Of a stretch of 32,000 bases of DNA, positions 18,313 to 28,416 are shown piece after piece. The stretch spans positions 180,001 to 212,000 of the forward strand of contig NZ_CP142525.1 of NCBI RefSeq assembly GCF_051097895.1, given 5' to 3'. Position 1 is the first letter of the stretch. Each line of letters begins with the position of its first letter. The position numbers and the translations under genes are program-made. Origin of the DNA: Psychrobacter sp. HD31 (GTDB lineage Bacteria > Pseudomonadota > Gammaproteobacteria > Pseudomonadales > Moraxellaceae). A model generated the notes under the pieces. That model saw only the letters and a program-made list of their open reading frames with translations, did not search any database and had not been told where the DNA came from.

Positions 18313-18834
18313 ATGGATAAGTTTAAATTAACAAAAAAAGCAGTGGCACTAAGTATTGTATGTGCAGTGGCTGTGGTTGGTTGTAAAAAAAATGAAGAGC
18401 AACCCGTAAAAAAAGAATCAGCAGAAGTAAACAATGTTGAACAGGCCAAAGCCGCAGAAATGGCAAAGCCAGAAGTTGAACCAAAATCAGTTGTAACAAC
18501 AGAACAAAATGCAAATGTTAACGCCGATACTGAAGTAAAAACTGCAGAAGAACAAGCAGCTGAAGAAGCGGCAGCTAAGAAAAAAGCAGCAGAGCAAGCA
18601 GCAGCTAAGAAAAAAGCGGCTGAAAAAGCGGCTGAAAAAGCAGCTGCAGAAGCGGCAGCTAAGAAGAAGGCTGCAGAAAAAGCGGCAGCTAAGAAAAAAG
18701 CAGCAGAGCAAGCGGCACCAAAAGTTAAAGCTGGCCCTAAACCAAAAGTTGTAGAACCAGAAACCAATAATCTTAAAGCGCCTACTGATGATAGTGTTGA
18801 ACTAGAAATTGTAACCTCAGAGGATACATATTAA
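18313..18834 (+). CDS. Ala/Lys/Glu-repeat lipoprotein, function unknown
   Basis: It has a lipoprotein signal peptide with the lipobox VVG|C (MDKFKLTKKAVALSIVCAVAVVGC). A charged low-complexity body contains four AAKKKAAE(Q/K)A units. The gene has a strong Shine-Dalgarno and its own terminator. Confidence 0.7.
   Translation: MDKFKLTKKAVALSIVCAVAVVGCKKNEEQPVKKESAEVNNVEQAKAAEMAKPEVEPKSVVTTEQNANVNADTEVKTAEEQAAEEAAAKKKAAEQAAAKKKAAEKAAEKAAAEAAAKKKAAEKAAAKKKAAEQAAPKVKAGPKPKVVEPETNNLKAPTDDSVELEIVTSEDTY
18571..18714 (+). repeat. Intragenic 30-nt tandem or near-tandem direct repeats (4 copies)
   Basis: The copies lie at 18571-18600, 18601-18630, 18655-18684 and 18685-18714, with a 24-nt related spacer. 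Copies 1 and 4 (gcagctaagaaaaaagcagcagagcaagc[a/g]) are identical at 29 of 30 positions. Confidence 0.9.
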
Positions 18835-18850
18835 TCAGTTTTTTTGAATA

Positions 18851-18882
18851 AAAAGCCCACAATCTAAATATTGTGGGCTTTT
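18851..18882. terminator. Bidirectional Rho-independent terminator
   Basis: AAAAGCCCACAAT (18851-18863) pairs with ATTGTGGGCTTTT (18870-18882). A-runs and T-runs lie on both sides. It sits between the convergent lipoprotein gene and the adenosyltransferase gene. Confidence 0.85.
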
Positions 18883-18902
18883 TTATTCAAATTATTGATA
18901 AA

Positions 18903-19511
18903 TCAAGCAAATGGTTTTAATACCTCTTTATTCCATAAAACTTCGTTTTGTTGTTGTGCTTTGGCAACAAAACGAGCTGCAACAAACAAGAAATCAGAGA
19001 GTCTATTTAAAAATTTAGCTGATATTGGGTTGATACTGCTATGTTGGTTTTGTAGCGTGCAAAAATTACGTTCACAGCGGCGGCAAATGCTACGTGTGAT
19101 ATGTAACTGACTAACGGCAATAGAACCTGATGGTAAAATAAAGTCTTTAAGTGCTGGTAATATGCTGTTCATAGAATCAATTTTTTGCTCTAACCAATCA
19201 ATATGTAACTGTTCTATGGCAGAGTAAGGTTCTTTATTGTTTAACATGGCAATTTCGCCGCCCATATTAAATAACAAGTGTTGGATAATACTAAGTGACT
19301 CAGAAAAATCTGTTTTATTTAAAGATTCTTCTGAAAAATTAGCTATATCATCAAACAAGGATTTTGCCATACCAATGTGAGAATTTAACTCATCAATTTC
19401 GCCCATTACGCCAAATATAATGCTGTTTTTGTCAATACGTTTACCATCTGCCAGTGCCGAAGTACCATCATCGCCAGTCCGTGTATAAATTTTACTTAGC
19501 CGATTGCCCAT
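18903..19511 (-). CDS. ATP:cob(I)alamin adenosyltransferase, PduO/MMAB type
   Basis: The N-terminal signature is SKIYTRTGDDGTSALADGKR. The helical-bundle region has D.IE.LE..ID-like content and a conserved C-terminal part (LNRLSDFLFVAAR). Confidence 0.85.
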   Translation of the reverse strand: MGNRLSKIYTRTGDDGTSALADGKRIDKNSIIFGVMGEIDELNSHIGMAKSLFDDIANFSEESLNKTDFSESLSIIQHLLFNMGGEIAMLNNKEPYSAIEQLHIDWLEQKIDSMNSILPALKDFILPSGSIAVSQLHITRSICRRCERNFCTLQNQHSSINPISAKFLNRLSDFLFVAARFVAKAQQQNEVLWNKEVLKPFA

Positions 19512-19626
19512 TTTATACTCTGTTTTAAATTAATTAGTTTAGGTTATCATAGCATTTTTAGTTTATCTTAGTTATGATAATGGGCTAAATTAAAAAATAT
19601 GTTTTATTCAGTAAGAAGGCGATCGA

Positions 19627-21081
19627 ATGCTACAAGAAGCACAAAAAGAATTAACCATCTATGATTCACTAAAAGGTGAAAAACAACGCTTTGAGTCCAT
19701 AAAAGAAGGGCAGGTTGGTATATATGTGTGTGGCATGACGGTATATGACTATTGCCATATTGGGCATGCGCGCGTTATGGTTGCTTTTGATGTGATTGTG
19801 CGCTGGATGCGACAGCTGGGGTTTGATGTAAATTATGTACGCAATATTACCGATATTGATGACAAAATTATTAATCGTGCTAATGAAAATGGCGAGTCAA
19901 TTGAGGAATTAACTAGCCGGTTTATTAAAGCGATGAATGAAGATGCGCAAAGCTTGGGCTGTGTGCAACCAAATCTTGAGCCAAAAGCGACAGAGCATAT
20001 AGAAGATATGCAGGCGTTAATTAGTGATTTAATTGATAAAGGGCATGCCTATCCAACAGGCTCTACCGAGGTGCATGGCGATGTATTTTATGCTGTCGAT
20101 AGTTTTAAAGACTATGGTAAATTGTCTAAACGTAATCTAGATGATATGCAAGCAGGGCAAAGGGTAGAAGTAGATAGCAATAAACGAAACCCGTTTGACT
20201 TTGTACTGTGGAAATCAGCCAAACCAGACGAGCCGCATTGGCAGTCGCCTTGGGGTAATGGTCGCCCTGGGTGGCACATAGAGTGTTCAGCAATGTCACA
20301 AAAATGCTTAGGGAATACTTTTGATATCCATGGTGGTGGGCATGATTTACAGTTTCCACATCATGAAAACGAGATTGCACAGTCTGAAGCCCATACCGGT
20401 TGCACCTATGCTAATAACTGGATGCACGTTGGCTTTATTAATGTAGATGGCGAGAAGATGTCTAAATCATTAGGCAACTTTTTTACTATCCGTGATGTTA
20501 TCGCAAAATTCCATCCAGAAACGGTACGTTATTTTATTTTATCTAGCCATTATCGCAGTCAGGTTAATTTTTCTGATGCAGCACTTACCGAAGCACATTC
20601 TGCCCTTAGCCGCTTGTACCAGGCGTTAAAATCTGCTGAGCAGTATTTGAGTAACGATGTTGAGCTGATTGATGCCGAGCAAGCGTTTGCAACAGATAGC
20701 GGCATGGCAGTTATTAAAGCTATGAATGATGACTTTAACGTAGTACAAGCATTATCGTCTTTATTCTCTTTAGCTAAAGATATTAATATTGCTATTAAAT
20801 CAGATGATAAAGCACTGGTTAGCCAGCTAGCAAGTGTGCTAAAAACACTGGCTCAGCCGTTAAATATTTTGCAGCGAAACCCAGCAGAGTTTTTACAGGC
20901 AAGTGTGGGGGAGCAAACGGATGGTATCGATGCAGATGATATTGAAGCGCTGATAACCGAACGCACACAGGCCAAGGCGGATAAAAACTTTGCCCGTGCC
21001 GATGAGATTAGAGCAAATTTATTAGAACAAGGCATTGAGCTAGAAGACAGTCGAGAAGGGACAACCTGGCGTAGAAAATAA
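19627..21081 (+). CDS. cysS: Cysteine--tRNA ligase
   Basis: It is a class I aaRS. Motifs are HIGH ([11 protein letters not shown]) and KMSKS ([11 protein letters not shown]), with zinc-binding Cys/His ([32 protein letters not shown]). An AAGAAGG Shine-Dalgarno is present. Confidence 0.97.
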   Translation: MLQEAQKELTIYDSLKGEKQRFESIKEGQVGIYVCGMTVYDYCHIGHARVMVAFDVIVRWMRQLGFDVNYVRNITDIDDKIINRANENGESIEELTSRFIKAMNEDAQSLGCVQPNLEPKATEHIEDMQALISDLIDKGHAYPTGSTEVHGDVFYAVDSFKDYGKLSKRNLDDMQAGQRVEVDSNKRNPFDFVLWKSAKPDEPHWQSPWGNGRPGWHIECSAMSQKCLGNTFDIHGGGHDLQFPHHENEIAQSEAHTGCTYANNWMHVGFINVDGEKMSKSLGNFFTIRDVIAKFHPETVRYFILSSHYRSQVNFSDAALTEAHSALSRLYQALKSAEQYLSNDVELIDAEQAFATDSGMAVIKAMNDDFNVVQALSSLFSLAKDINIAIKSDDKALVSQLASVLKTLAQPLNILQRNPAEFLQASVGEQTDGIDADDIEALITERTQAKADKNFARADEIRANLLEQGIELEDSREGTTWRRK

Positions 21082-21099
21082 AAACAGTAACTTTTTTTT

Positions 21100-21131
21100 A
21101 AAAAACATAGTGATTATCGCTATGTTTTTTT
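21100..21131 (+). terminator. Rho-independent terminator after cysS
   Basis: AAAAAACATAG (21100-21110) pairs with CTATGTTTTTT (21120-21130). The T-run extends to 21131. Confidence 0.75.
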
Positions 21132-21183
21132 GTTTTAAAAGCAGATAATAGATAAAAATATATTCTTTAAAACTTAATCTTTA

Positions 21184-21192
21184 TGGTATAAT
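21184..21192 (+). promoter_or_regulatory. Candidate extended -10 promoter for guaB
   Basis: TGgTATAAT (TG at 21184-21185, TATAAT at 21187-21192) lies about 70 nt upstream of the guaB ATG. The -35 is weak. Confidence 0.35.
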
Positions 21193-21260
21193 ACGGCGTT
21201 ATTTTATACCCTGCTGTTAGTTAAAGACAGTTAAAATAACCACCAAATACGAGGTGTTCT

Positions 21261-22733
21261 ATGTTGCGTATCGTTGATGAAGCATTAACCTTTGATGATG
21301 TTTTACTACTTCCTGCCCATTCAGAAGTCCTACCAAAATCTGTTGATTTAAAAACCCGTTTAACTAAAGATATTACCTTAAACCTACCCGTTATTTCTGC
21401 CGCTATGGATACAGTGACAGAAACAAAAATGGCAATTACTATGGCGCAGCTTGGTGGCATGGGTATTTTGCACAAAAACATGAGCATTGAAGAACAAGCG
21501 AGTAAAGTGCGCAAAGTTAAAAAGTTTGAAGCAGGGACGGTAATCGACCCGGTAACAATCACACCAGATGTAACGGTTGGTGAGTTGTTGCAAATTACAA
21601 AAGAGCATAACTTTAGTGGTGTACCGGTTGTTGAAAAGGGCAGTGATAAAGTAGTAGGGATTGTGACGCATCGTGATGTTCGCTTTGAAACAAACCTGTC
21701 TCAACCTGTTAGCAACGTGATGACACCAAAAGAAAAATTAGTCACTGTAAAAGAGGGTGAAAGTAACGAACGCATTAAAGAGTTATTGCATGAACACCGC
21801 ATTGAAAAAGTGGTTGTGATTGATGATGACTTTAAATTAAAAGGTTTGATTACTGTTAATGATTTTACGAAAGCAGAAAACAACCCAAATGCTTGTAAAG
21901 ATAGCAAAGGTCGTTTACGTGTTGGTGCTGCGGTTGGTACAGGGGCAGACTCACAAGCGCGCGTTGAAGCGTTGGCAGCAAATGATGTAGATGTTATTGT
22001 TGTTGATACGGCACATGGTCACTCTAAAGGGGTTATTGAGCGTGTGGCTTGGGTTAAAAAGAATTTTCCTCATATTCAAGTTGTTGGTGGCAACATAGCC
22101 ACAGGTGATGCTGCGCTTGCACTACGTGATGCGGGTGCTGATGCGGTAAAAGTAGGCATTGGTCCTGGCTCAATTTGTACAACGCGTATTATTGCAGGTA
22201 TCGGTGTTCCGCAAATTTCTGCTATTGATAGTGTGGCAAGTGCATTAAAAGACAGCATTCCATTAATTGCAGATGGTGGTATCCGTTTTTCTGGCGATAT
22301 GGCAAAAGCCATTGCGGCTGGTGCCTCTTGCATTATGGTTGGCTCATTGTTAGCAGGTACAGAAGAAGCACCAGGTGAGGTTGAGTTATTCCAGGGGCGT
22401 TACTATAAAGCATACCGTGGCATGGGCAGTTTAGGTGCCATGTCTGGTCAAAATGGTTCATCAGACCGTTATTTCCAAGATGCTAAAGATGGCGTGGAAA
22501 AATTAGTACCAGAGGGCATTGAAGGACGTGTCCCATACAAAGGGCCTGTTTCTGGTATTGTTAATCAACTTGTTGGTGGTCTGCGTTCATCAATGGGCTA
22601 CACAGGTTGTGCCAGTATTGAAGCCATGCGTAGCAAGCCAGAGTTTGTGCGTGTTACCTCGGCAGGCATGAAAGAGTCACACGTGCATGATGTGCAAATA
22701 ACGAAAGAAGCGCCAAACTATCGTGTCGGCTAG
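21261..22733 (+). CDS. guaB: Inosine-5'-monophosphate dehydrogenase
   Basis: The N-terminus [11 protein letters not shown] is present, with a tandem CBS insertion. The catalytic loop is [14 protein letters not shown], followed by GGIRFSGD and YRGMGS. Confidence 0.97.
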   Translation: MLRIVDEALTFDDVLLLPAHSEVLPKSVDLKTRLTKDITLNLPVISAAMDTVTETKMAITMAQLGGMGILHKNMSIEEQASKVRKVKKFEAGTVIDPVTITPDVTVGELLQITKEHNFSGVPVVEKGSDKVVGIVTHRDVRFETNLSQPVSNVMTPKEKLVTVKEGESNERIKELLHEHRIEKVVVIDDDFKLKGLITVNDFTKAENNPNACKDSKGRLRVGAAVGTGADSQARVEALAANDVDVIVVDTAHGHSKGVIERVAWVKKNFPHIQVVGGNIATGDAALALRDAGADAVKVGIGPGSICTTRIIAGIGVPQISAIDSVASALKDSIPLIADGGIRFSGDMAKAIAAGASCIMVGSLLAGTEEAPGEVELFQGRYYKAYRGMGSLGAMSGQNGSSDRYFQDAKDGVEKLVPEGIEGRVPYKGPVSGIVNQLVGGLRSSMGYTGCASIEAMRSKPEFVRVTSAGMKESHVHDVQITKEAPNYRVG

Positions 22734-22756
22734 TTACTTTTTTAATACTTATAACG

Positions 22757-22793
22757 CAGCCAATAAAGTTATGCTTTATTGGCTGTTTTTTTT
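22757..22793 (+). terminator. Rho-independent terminator after guaB
   Basis: A 12-bp stem pairs CAGCCAATAAAG (22757-22768) with CTTTATTGGCTG (22774-22785). A T8 run follows. Confidence 0.85.
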
Positions 22794-22859
22794 GGTACAA
22801 TGGCTAATAGGCTATAAATGAAAAGCCATAAAAGCGGTTTTGATAGATAAGGATTTAAT

Positions 22860-24266
22860 ATGAGTTATTTTGGTACTGATGGTATTCGTGGTCAATTTGG
22901 TCAGTTTCCAATCACCCCTGATTTTATATTGGCACTAGGTTATGTTACGGGGCAAGTGTTGTTAGAACAAAGTAAACATGAAAACCTTAACCCAAGTGTT
23001 GTGATTGGTAAAGATACACGACTTTCTGGCTATGTAATTGAAGCATCATTACAGGCAGGGTTTAATGCCGCTGGGGTAGATGTTTATTTACTAGGCCCAT
23101 TACCAACACCTGCGATTGCTCATTTAACGCGCAGTTTTCATGCTGATGCCGGGGTGGTTATTTCTGCCTCACACAATCCTTATCAAGATAATGGCATCAA
23201 GTTTTTCTCGGCTGAGGGCAAAAAGTTGTCTGATGAAATGCAAGAAGCAATTAATGTTAAATTGGCGCAGTATTTACAGGCGCAAGCAGGTTTTGCAAAT
23301 GAACTCATTCAATCTGATAACCCTTCTCTGTTAACACCACTAATGCCTGTTAGTGACCCTTCAGGTTTAGGTAAAAGCAAGCGTATTGCAGATGCCAAGG
23401 GCAGATATATTGAATATTGTAAAGGTACTTTCCCTTATCAACATAGCTTAGAAGGTATGAAAATAGTCATCGATTGTGCTAATGGTGCCGGTTATAGTGT
23501 TGCACCGCGAGTGTTACGTGAATTAGGTGCCGAGGTTATAGCCATACATAACCAACCAGATGGCGTAAACATTAATAGAGACTGTGGCTCAACACACCCA
23601 AAAAGCTTACAACAAGCTGTAATAGATAATAAAGCGGATGTTGGTATTGCACTAGATGGAGATGGTGACCGCATTGTTATGGTAGACGACAAGGGCAACT
23701 TGGTTGATGGTGATGGTATCCTTTATGTTTTGGCAACCCAGTCACACGAAAAACCTAAAGGGGTTGTGGGTACACTTATGACCAACATGGCACTGGAGCT
23801 TGCCTTTAACAATCAAGATATTAAGTTTAGCCGTGCAAAAGTGGGTGACCGTTATGTCATGCAACAGTTAGTAGCCAATGGCTGGATACTCGGTGGTGAA
23901 AGCTCAGGGCATATTTTATGTTTAGATAAAAGTACAACAGGCGATGCCTTAGTTGCAGGTTTACAAGTTCTTGCATTGATTTCTACCACTGGCAAATCAT
24001 TGAGTGTATTAACAAAAGGTTTTGATCTATTTCCGCAAAAACTGGTTAATGTACGCTTAACACAAATGAGTGACCCTTATGACTACCCAGAGTTGGTAGA
24101 GGCTTTTGAGCAAGCCCAAGCAAAATTAAAAGGTCGTGGGCGTTTGTTAATCCGCCAATCAGGAACAGAGCCAGTCATTCGAGTAATGATTGAGTCTGAT
24201 GATGAGATTGAATGTGATGTGATGGCAAATGAACTGGCAGATCGCGTTAAGGCAGTGATGTCATAG
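22860..24266 (+). CDS. glmM: Phosphoglucosamine mutase
   Basis: Motifs: YFGTDGIRG, the phosphoserine loop [16 protein letters not shown], the Mg site ALDGDGDR, and GGESSGH. Confidence 0.95.
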   Translation: MSYFGTDGIRGQFGQFPITPDFILALGYVTGQVLLEQSKHENLNPSVVIGKDTRLSGYVIEASLQAGFNAAGVDVYLLGPLPTPAIAHLTRSFHADAGVVISASHNPYQDNGIKFFSAEGKKLSDEMQEAINVKLAQYLQAQAGFANELIQSDNPSLLTPLMPVSDPSGLGKSKRIADAKGRYIEYCKGTFPYQHSLEGMKIVIDCANGAGYSVAPRVLRELGAEVIAIHNQPDGVNINRDCGSTHPKSLQQAVIDNKADVGIALDGDGDRIVMVDDKGNLVDGDGILYVLATQSHEKPKGVVGTLMTNMALELAFNNQDIKFSRAKVGDRYVMQQLVANGWILGGESSGHILCLDKSTTGDALVAGLQVLALISTTGKSLSVLTKGFDLFPQKLVNVRLTQMSDPYDYPELVEAFEQAQAKLKGRGRLLIRQSGTEPVIRVMIESDDEIECDVMANELADRVKAVMS

Positions 24267-24272
24267 CACATT

Positions 24273-24298
24273 TTTTACAAAACATTTTGTAAAATTTT
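24273..24298 (+). other. AT-rich palindrome or weak terminator between glmM and pdxH
   Basis: TTTTACAAAA (24273-24282) and TTTTGTAAAA (24285-24294) are separated by CA, with TTTT following. It could be a weak terminator or a protein-binding dyad. Confidence 0.3.
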
Positions 24299-24327
24299 AA
24301 ATTTTAGAACTGATTAAGGGGCATGTT

Positions 24328-24999
24328 ATGACAATGGATTTTTCTGCAGAGCGATTATCGTACGAAAAAGGCGAACTGATAGAAAATAATTTACCAAGTC
24401 ATCCTGTAGAGCTGTTGACCAATTGGGTGAAAACAGCCGTAGATGAAAAGCTGATTGAACCCTATGCTATGAGTTTTGCAACCTGTGGGGACGATAACTT
24501 ACCTAGTGTCAGAACCTTATTGATGCGAGAAATTACTCAACCAGAAGATAGCACCGGCAAGCTTGGTGTTGTTTTTTATACCAATTATGATAGTGATAAG
24601 GGCGATGACATACTGCAAAACCCCAATGCACAGGCGTTGTTCTTTTGGCATAGTTTAGAAAGACAAGTACGTATTAGTGGCAAAGTGCGTAAAATTAGTG
24701 AAAAAAAATCAACAGATTATTTTCATAATCGCCCACAAGATAGCCAAATTGCTGCATGGGTGAGTGAACCACAAAGTGGTTTGGTAACAAACCGTGATGC
24801 AATGGAATCAAAATTTGAGGAATATAAACAAAAGTTTTCAGAAACTTCACAAATTCCGATGCCAAAGTTTTGGGGTGGTTATGAGCTGGTTGCAAATAAA
24901 ATTGAATTTTGGCAGGGGCGTGCAAACCGCATGCATGACCGAATCCGTTATAACTTGCAACCTGATGGCAGTTGGTTAATGGAGCGATTACTGCCTTAA
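24328..24999 (+). CDS. pdxH: Pyridoxamine/pyridoxine 5'-phosphate oxidase
   Basis: From memory it is collinear with E. coli PdxH: VFYTNYDS.K, FFWHSLERQVRISG, YFHNRPQDSQIAAWVS, FWGGY, IEFWQGRANRMHDR, and the C-terminal RLLP. An AAGGGG Shine-Dalgarno is present. Confidence 0.94.
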   Translation: MTMDFSAERLSYEKGELIENNLPSHPVELLTNWVKTAVDEKLIEPYAMSFATCGDDNLPSVRTLLMREITQPEDSTGKLGVVFYTNYDSDKGDDILQNPNAQALFFWHSLERQVRISGKVRKISEKKSTDYFHNRPQDSQIAAWVSEPQSGLVTNRDAMESKFEEYKQKFSETSQIPMPKFWGGYELVANKIEFWQGRANRMHDRIRYNLQPDGSWLMERLLP

Positions 25000-25023
25000 C
25001 CGTTAAAAAAAATTTTGATAGAC

Positions 25024-25058
25024 AAAAAACCATGCGTATTTATTTGCATGGTTTTTTT
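25024..25058. terminator. Bidirectional Rho-independent terminator between pdxH and the DUF2059 gene
   Basis: AAAAAACCATGC (25024-25035) pairs with GCATGGTTTTTT (25046-25057). A-runs and T-runs lie on both sides. Confidence 0.85.
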
Positions 25059-25103
25059 ATTTAGAGTCGAAACGTCTGTATCTTATTGATTCATTGTTTT
25101 AAC

Positions 25104-25646
25104 TTATTTTTTTATGATTTTCGATAATTCGTCAATCATTTGTGGATGGTATTTTTCTTGGACTTTATGGGCGTGTTCTATTATGGTTGGCATGATGTCA
25201 GTCATGTAGGCTTGAGCAACAACCCCTTGTTTTTCTACAATGCTTTTGCCAAGGTCGCTTGAGTAAAAGTCAATCATGGCATCTACTTCTTTTTGCGTGT
25301 AATACTCTCCTGCCGTGGCAATAAAGCGTTCAATCAATTGATTCTGAATCTCTGGTGTAAACATCTCTTGGTTTATTTTTTTTGAATAAGTTGCAATAAC
25401 TTCTTTAATGCGCTCAAGCTGTTCAGGCGTTATTTCAGCATCTTTTAACTGTTGTAATTCTGATTGTATGACATTATTTAATAAATCGTCATTCATAGAA
25501 GCCATTTTTTTAAACTGTGAGTTCATGAGAGAGACTTCTTGCAGTTTAACTAAAGATTCAGCGGATGGCTTAGCTGCGTGCGCTAGGCTCATAGTTGCAA
25601 ATGTTAAAGATAAACTTAGTGTTGCTGTGGTTAAAAAACGTTTCAT
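25104..25646 (-). CDS. Periplasmic DUF2059-like protein
   Basis: It has a Sec signal peptide (MKRFLTTATLSLSLTFATMSLAHA). The body is helical, with the DUF2059-like segment YYTQKEVDAMIDFYSSDLGKSIVEKQ. An AGGAG Shine-Dalgarno is present. The family assignment is from memory of the motif. Confidence 0.65.
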   Translation of the reverse strand: MKRFLTTATLSLSLTFATMSLAHAAKPSAESLVKLQEVSLMNSQFKKMASMNDDLLNNVIQSELQQLKDAEITPEQLERIKEVIATYSKKINQEMFTPEIQNQLIERFIATAGEYYTQKEVDAMIDFYSSDLGKSIVEKQGVVAQAYMTDIMPTIIEHAHKVQEKYHPQMIDELSKIIKK

Positions 25647-25735
25647 ACTTAGCTCCTTATGGATGTGTCAGTTTGTAGTTTTAAGGCGTTTGCCGCTCAG
25701 GTTTATCCTGCTTTAATTTTGATATTTATTCTAAA

Positions 25736-26935
25736 TTAATCTAATAGCAACCTTTCTAAAATACCTTCATATATTTGGGCAAGTTTGCCTAAATCATCGA
25801 CTTCCACTTTTTCATTAACTTGGTGGATGGTGGCGTTACGCACCCCAAGCTCTACCACATTTGCACCGGTTGGGGCAATAAAACGACCATCAGAAGTACC
25901 GCCGGTGGTAGAAAGCTCTGCGGTGATGTTGGTAATTTTTTTGATTGATTGCTGACAAGCGGCAACAAACTCACCAGCGCTGCCATTATCAACAGGGGTT
26001 AAAAATGGGTAGCCTGATAACTTCCAGTCTATGTGATAACTTGCCTGACTGTCATTAAAATATTTATCAAAAATGGCATGTGTTTTGGCAATTAGCTCAT
26101 CTTTGGTTGTCTCGGTAGAGAATCTAAAGTTAAAAACAACCTCAACAGTTTCTGGTATCACATTGGTTGCCCCAGTGCCACCATTAATGTTAGAAACCTG
26201 TAAACTGGTTGCAGGGAAGTAATCATTACCTTGATCCCACTCAGTTTGGATAAACTCTGCCAATGCAGGTGCTAAAGCATGAATTGGGTTGCAAGCAAGG
26301 TGAGGGTAGGCAACATGCCCTTGTTTGCCAGTGACTGTTAATACAGCACCTAATGAACCACGGCGACCATTTTTAATCACATCGCCTAAGGTGTCAGAGC
26401 TTGATGGCTCGCCAACTAAACAATGTGTGATTTTTTCATTACGTGCTTCTAATGCTTCTACTACTTTTACCGTCCCATTTTTAGCAACGCCTTCTTCATC
26501 GGCAGTAATAAGCATGGCAATAGAGCCTTTATGATTTGGGTGGTTTTTAACAAAGTTTTCTGCAGCAACAACAAAAGCCGCAACTCCAGTTTTCATATCG
26601 GCGGCACCACGCCCCCAAAGGTAGCCATCGGCAACAGTTGCCGAAAAAGGCGGGTATGTCCAACGATTTTCATCACCAGTTGGTACAACATCGGTATGCC
26701 CTGCAAAACAAATCACAGGTTCTGTGGTACCACGCCTTGACCATAAGTTTTTTACTTGGGCATTGTCATCATTTTTATCGGCATTTTTATCGCCAAAAAA
26801 CATAAACTCATTTTTAAAGCCAGCATCCGCCAGTCTGTTTGAAATAATCTCTTGGCAGTTTTTATCCTCAGGTGTCACTGAGTCTTGCTGCATTAGTTCG
26901 ATGCTTAAGTCTAGGGTAGCTTGTTGGTGGTTCAT
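25736..26935 (-). CDS. dapE: Succinyl-diaminopimelate desuccinylase
   Basis: It is an M20 peptidase, collinear from memory with E. coli DapE: [52 protein letters not shown] and VKNGRRGSL. Confidence 0.94.
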   Translation of the reverse strand: MNHQQATLDLSIELMQQDSVTPEDKNCQEIISNRLADAGFKNEFMFFGDKNADKNDDNAQVKNLWSRRGTTEPVICFAGHTDVVPTGDENRWTYPPFSATVADGYLWGRGAADMKTGVAAFVVAAENFVKNHPNHKGSIAMLITADEEGVAKNGTVKVVEALEARNEKITHCLVGEPSSSDTLGDVIKNGRRGSLGAVLTVTGKQGHVAYPHLACNPIHALAPALAEFIQTEWDQGNDYFPATSLQVSNINGGTGATNVIPETVEVVFNFRFSTETTKDELIAKTHAIFDKYFNDSQASYHIDWKLSGYPFLTPVDNGSAGEFVAACQQSIKKITNITAELSTTGGTSDGRFIAPTGANVVELGVRNATIHQVNEKVEVDDLGKLAQIYEGILERLLLD

Positions 26936-27092
26936 GTGGGTCTCTTTAAGGGTGGATTATGGTTTGCTGATTACTTAAAAATTATTGGGTTGCTATTTTG
27001 TCATAGTTTTAAGCATAAATAAATATAGGCAAAGGCCTGTGATATAAGCTTTACATAAAGTGGTAAAAAATAATGGTGCGTTTAGTCACTGG

Positions 27093-27698
27093 TTACAGCT
27101 GATTTTCACCATCACGTCTCATCCAAGTAGCAATAGAAAAACGCTCACGGTGTGCAATTTGCACTTGGTGCATGAGGTTGCTATCAAACACAACCAAACG
27201 ATTTGCCTGAGGCAATAATGTGTGGTGTGTGCCTGTTTTATCAACCACTTCAATTGCTCCGCCATCTTTTTCTTGCCAATGGTCGTTTAAATAAAACACG
27301 GCAGATAATACACGTTCATCTCGGTTTTGTGGGTTATCACTATGCCACTGGTAGCCAAACCCTGCTGGGTAGCAAGCGTAATGTGCCTCGCAATTGCGGA
27401 TGCCAGTATACAAGGTGCGATTTGCAAAACGAGCCAGTGATTCGATTGCCTTTAAATAGCCTAAGCCTGCCTGGTCTTGATTGGTTATCCAATGCGTTTT
27501 GTCTCCGCGGATATTATCAAGCCTTTGTCCTTGCGTTAAGTTGGCTGCTTTGTAGTCAATAAATCCACTTTCTGCCTGTAAAGACAATAAATCTGGGTGG
27601 GTAAATACATCATCAAATACAGTATAGCCCAACTCAACAAACTGATTTAAGCATGCGTCATTAAATGCGTTGTCCCAATTGACATGAAAGTTTGACAT
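27093..27698 (-). CDS. 2-oxoglutarate/Fe(II)-dependent oxygenase (prolyl-4-hydroxylase-like), substrate unknown
   Basis: The facial triad and 2OG-binding pattern are H119-x-D121 (WHSD), H177 (LMHQV) and R186-x-S188 (RERFSI). Also present is VFYLN..W....GG, typical of the P4Hc/2OG-FeII_Oxy_3 group. It lies 48 nt downstream of thiQ on the same strand with no hairpin between them. Confidence 0.8.
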   Translation of the reverse strand: MSNFHVNWDNAFNDACLNQFVELGYTVFDDVFTHPDLLSLQAESGFIDYKAANLTQGQRLDNIRGDKTHWITNQDQAGLGYLKAIESLARFANRTLYTGIRNCEAHYACYPAGFGYQWHSDNPQNRDERVLSAVFYLNDHWQEKDGGAIEVVDKTGTHHTLLPQANRLVVFDSNLMHQVQIAHRERFSIATWMRRDGENQL

Positions 27699-27746
27699 TG
27701 ATTTTATACTACCTGTGGTTTTTATTTAAAGTTGCGTTATTTTAAG

Positions 27747-28400
27747 TTATTCGACATTAACAATTTCTCCATTTTTTATGCAAATGGTTTTGTTGACCAA
27801 GTCTTGTACTTCTTCTGGTTGATGCGTGACTAATAACAAGGTGAGGTTTTTTTCTTCACAAAGTTGCTTTAATAATTGCATCATTTCTAGCCGTAGTGCT
27901 TTATCAAGTGCTGAAAAGGGCTCATCTAATAGCAAGATTGGTTGCTCCCTAAGCAAGCAACGAGCAATGGTAACACGTTGTTTTTGACCACCAGATAATT
28001 GATTGGGTTTTTTATCTAAAAAATCTGTTAAACCAACTTGCTTGGCGGTTTGCACGATTTGCTGTTTTTGCTGGGTATTAAACTTTAGTTTAGGCTGTAA
28101 GCCCAGCCCAATGTTATCTGCAACGGTTAGGTGATTAAACAAATTGTTGTCCTGAAACAACATAGAAACAGGGCGCTCAAAAGGTTTGGTATTGCTGTGA
28201 TTTTTTTTATCGAGAATGATGCTGCCACTGTCTGGAAAAATAAAACCAGCAATTAGGTTTAATAATGTTGATTTGCCAGAACCACTGGCACCAATAATGG
28301 CACATCGCTCACCTTGGTTAATGGATACATCAAAATACATATTGGTTTTTTGATGGTTGTCGGAATAACCAGTAAAGGTAGTTTTGTTAAGTTGTATCAT
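27747..28400 (-). CDS. thiQ: Thiamine ABC transporter ATP-binding protein
   Basis: It is a short single-domain ABC ATPase. Motifs are Walker [18 protein letters not shown], signature LSGGQKQR and Walker [12 protein letters not shown]. The ATG at 28400 (MIQLNK...) aligns with the E. coli ThiQ N-terminus. The track ORF extends to 28463 and overlaps thiP. Confidence 0.87.
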   Translation of the reverse strand: MIQLNKTTFTGYSDNHQKTNMYFDVSINQGERCAIIGASGSGKSTLLNLIAGFIFPDSGSIILDKKNHSNTKPFERPVSMLFQDNNLFNHLTVADNIGLGLQPKLKFNTQQKQQIVQTAKQVGLTDFLDKKPNQLSGGQKQRVTIARCLLREQPILLLDEPFSALDKALRLEMMQLLKQLCEEKNLTLLLVTHQPEEVQDLVNKTICIKNGEIVNVE

Positions 28401-28416
28401 GGGTTTAGTTATTTGT

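Noticed and set aside
18183-18767. A 194-aa ORF antisense to the Ala/Lys-repeat lipoprotein gene, plus the smaller antisense ORFs at 18323-18514 and 18487-18711.
   Set aside because: It mirrors the GCN/AAR-rich repeat: Ala and Lys codons read backwards give A/F/L-rich open frames. It runs through the sense gene's promoter and has no Shine-Dalgarno. The sense gene has a Shine-Dalgarno, a lipobox and a terminator.
19544-19580. An 8-bp inverted repeat, TTATCATA-N21-TATGATAA, in the divergent region between the adenosyltransferase gene and cysS.
   Set aside because: It is short, purely AT-rich and has a long spacer in AT-rich promoter DNA. It is easily explained by chance, so I do not call an operator.
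22734-22859. guaB is not followed by guaA.
   Set aside because: guaB has its own strong terminator, and separated guaB and guaA are common in many lineages. This is not informative on its own.
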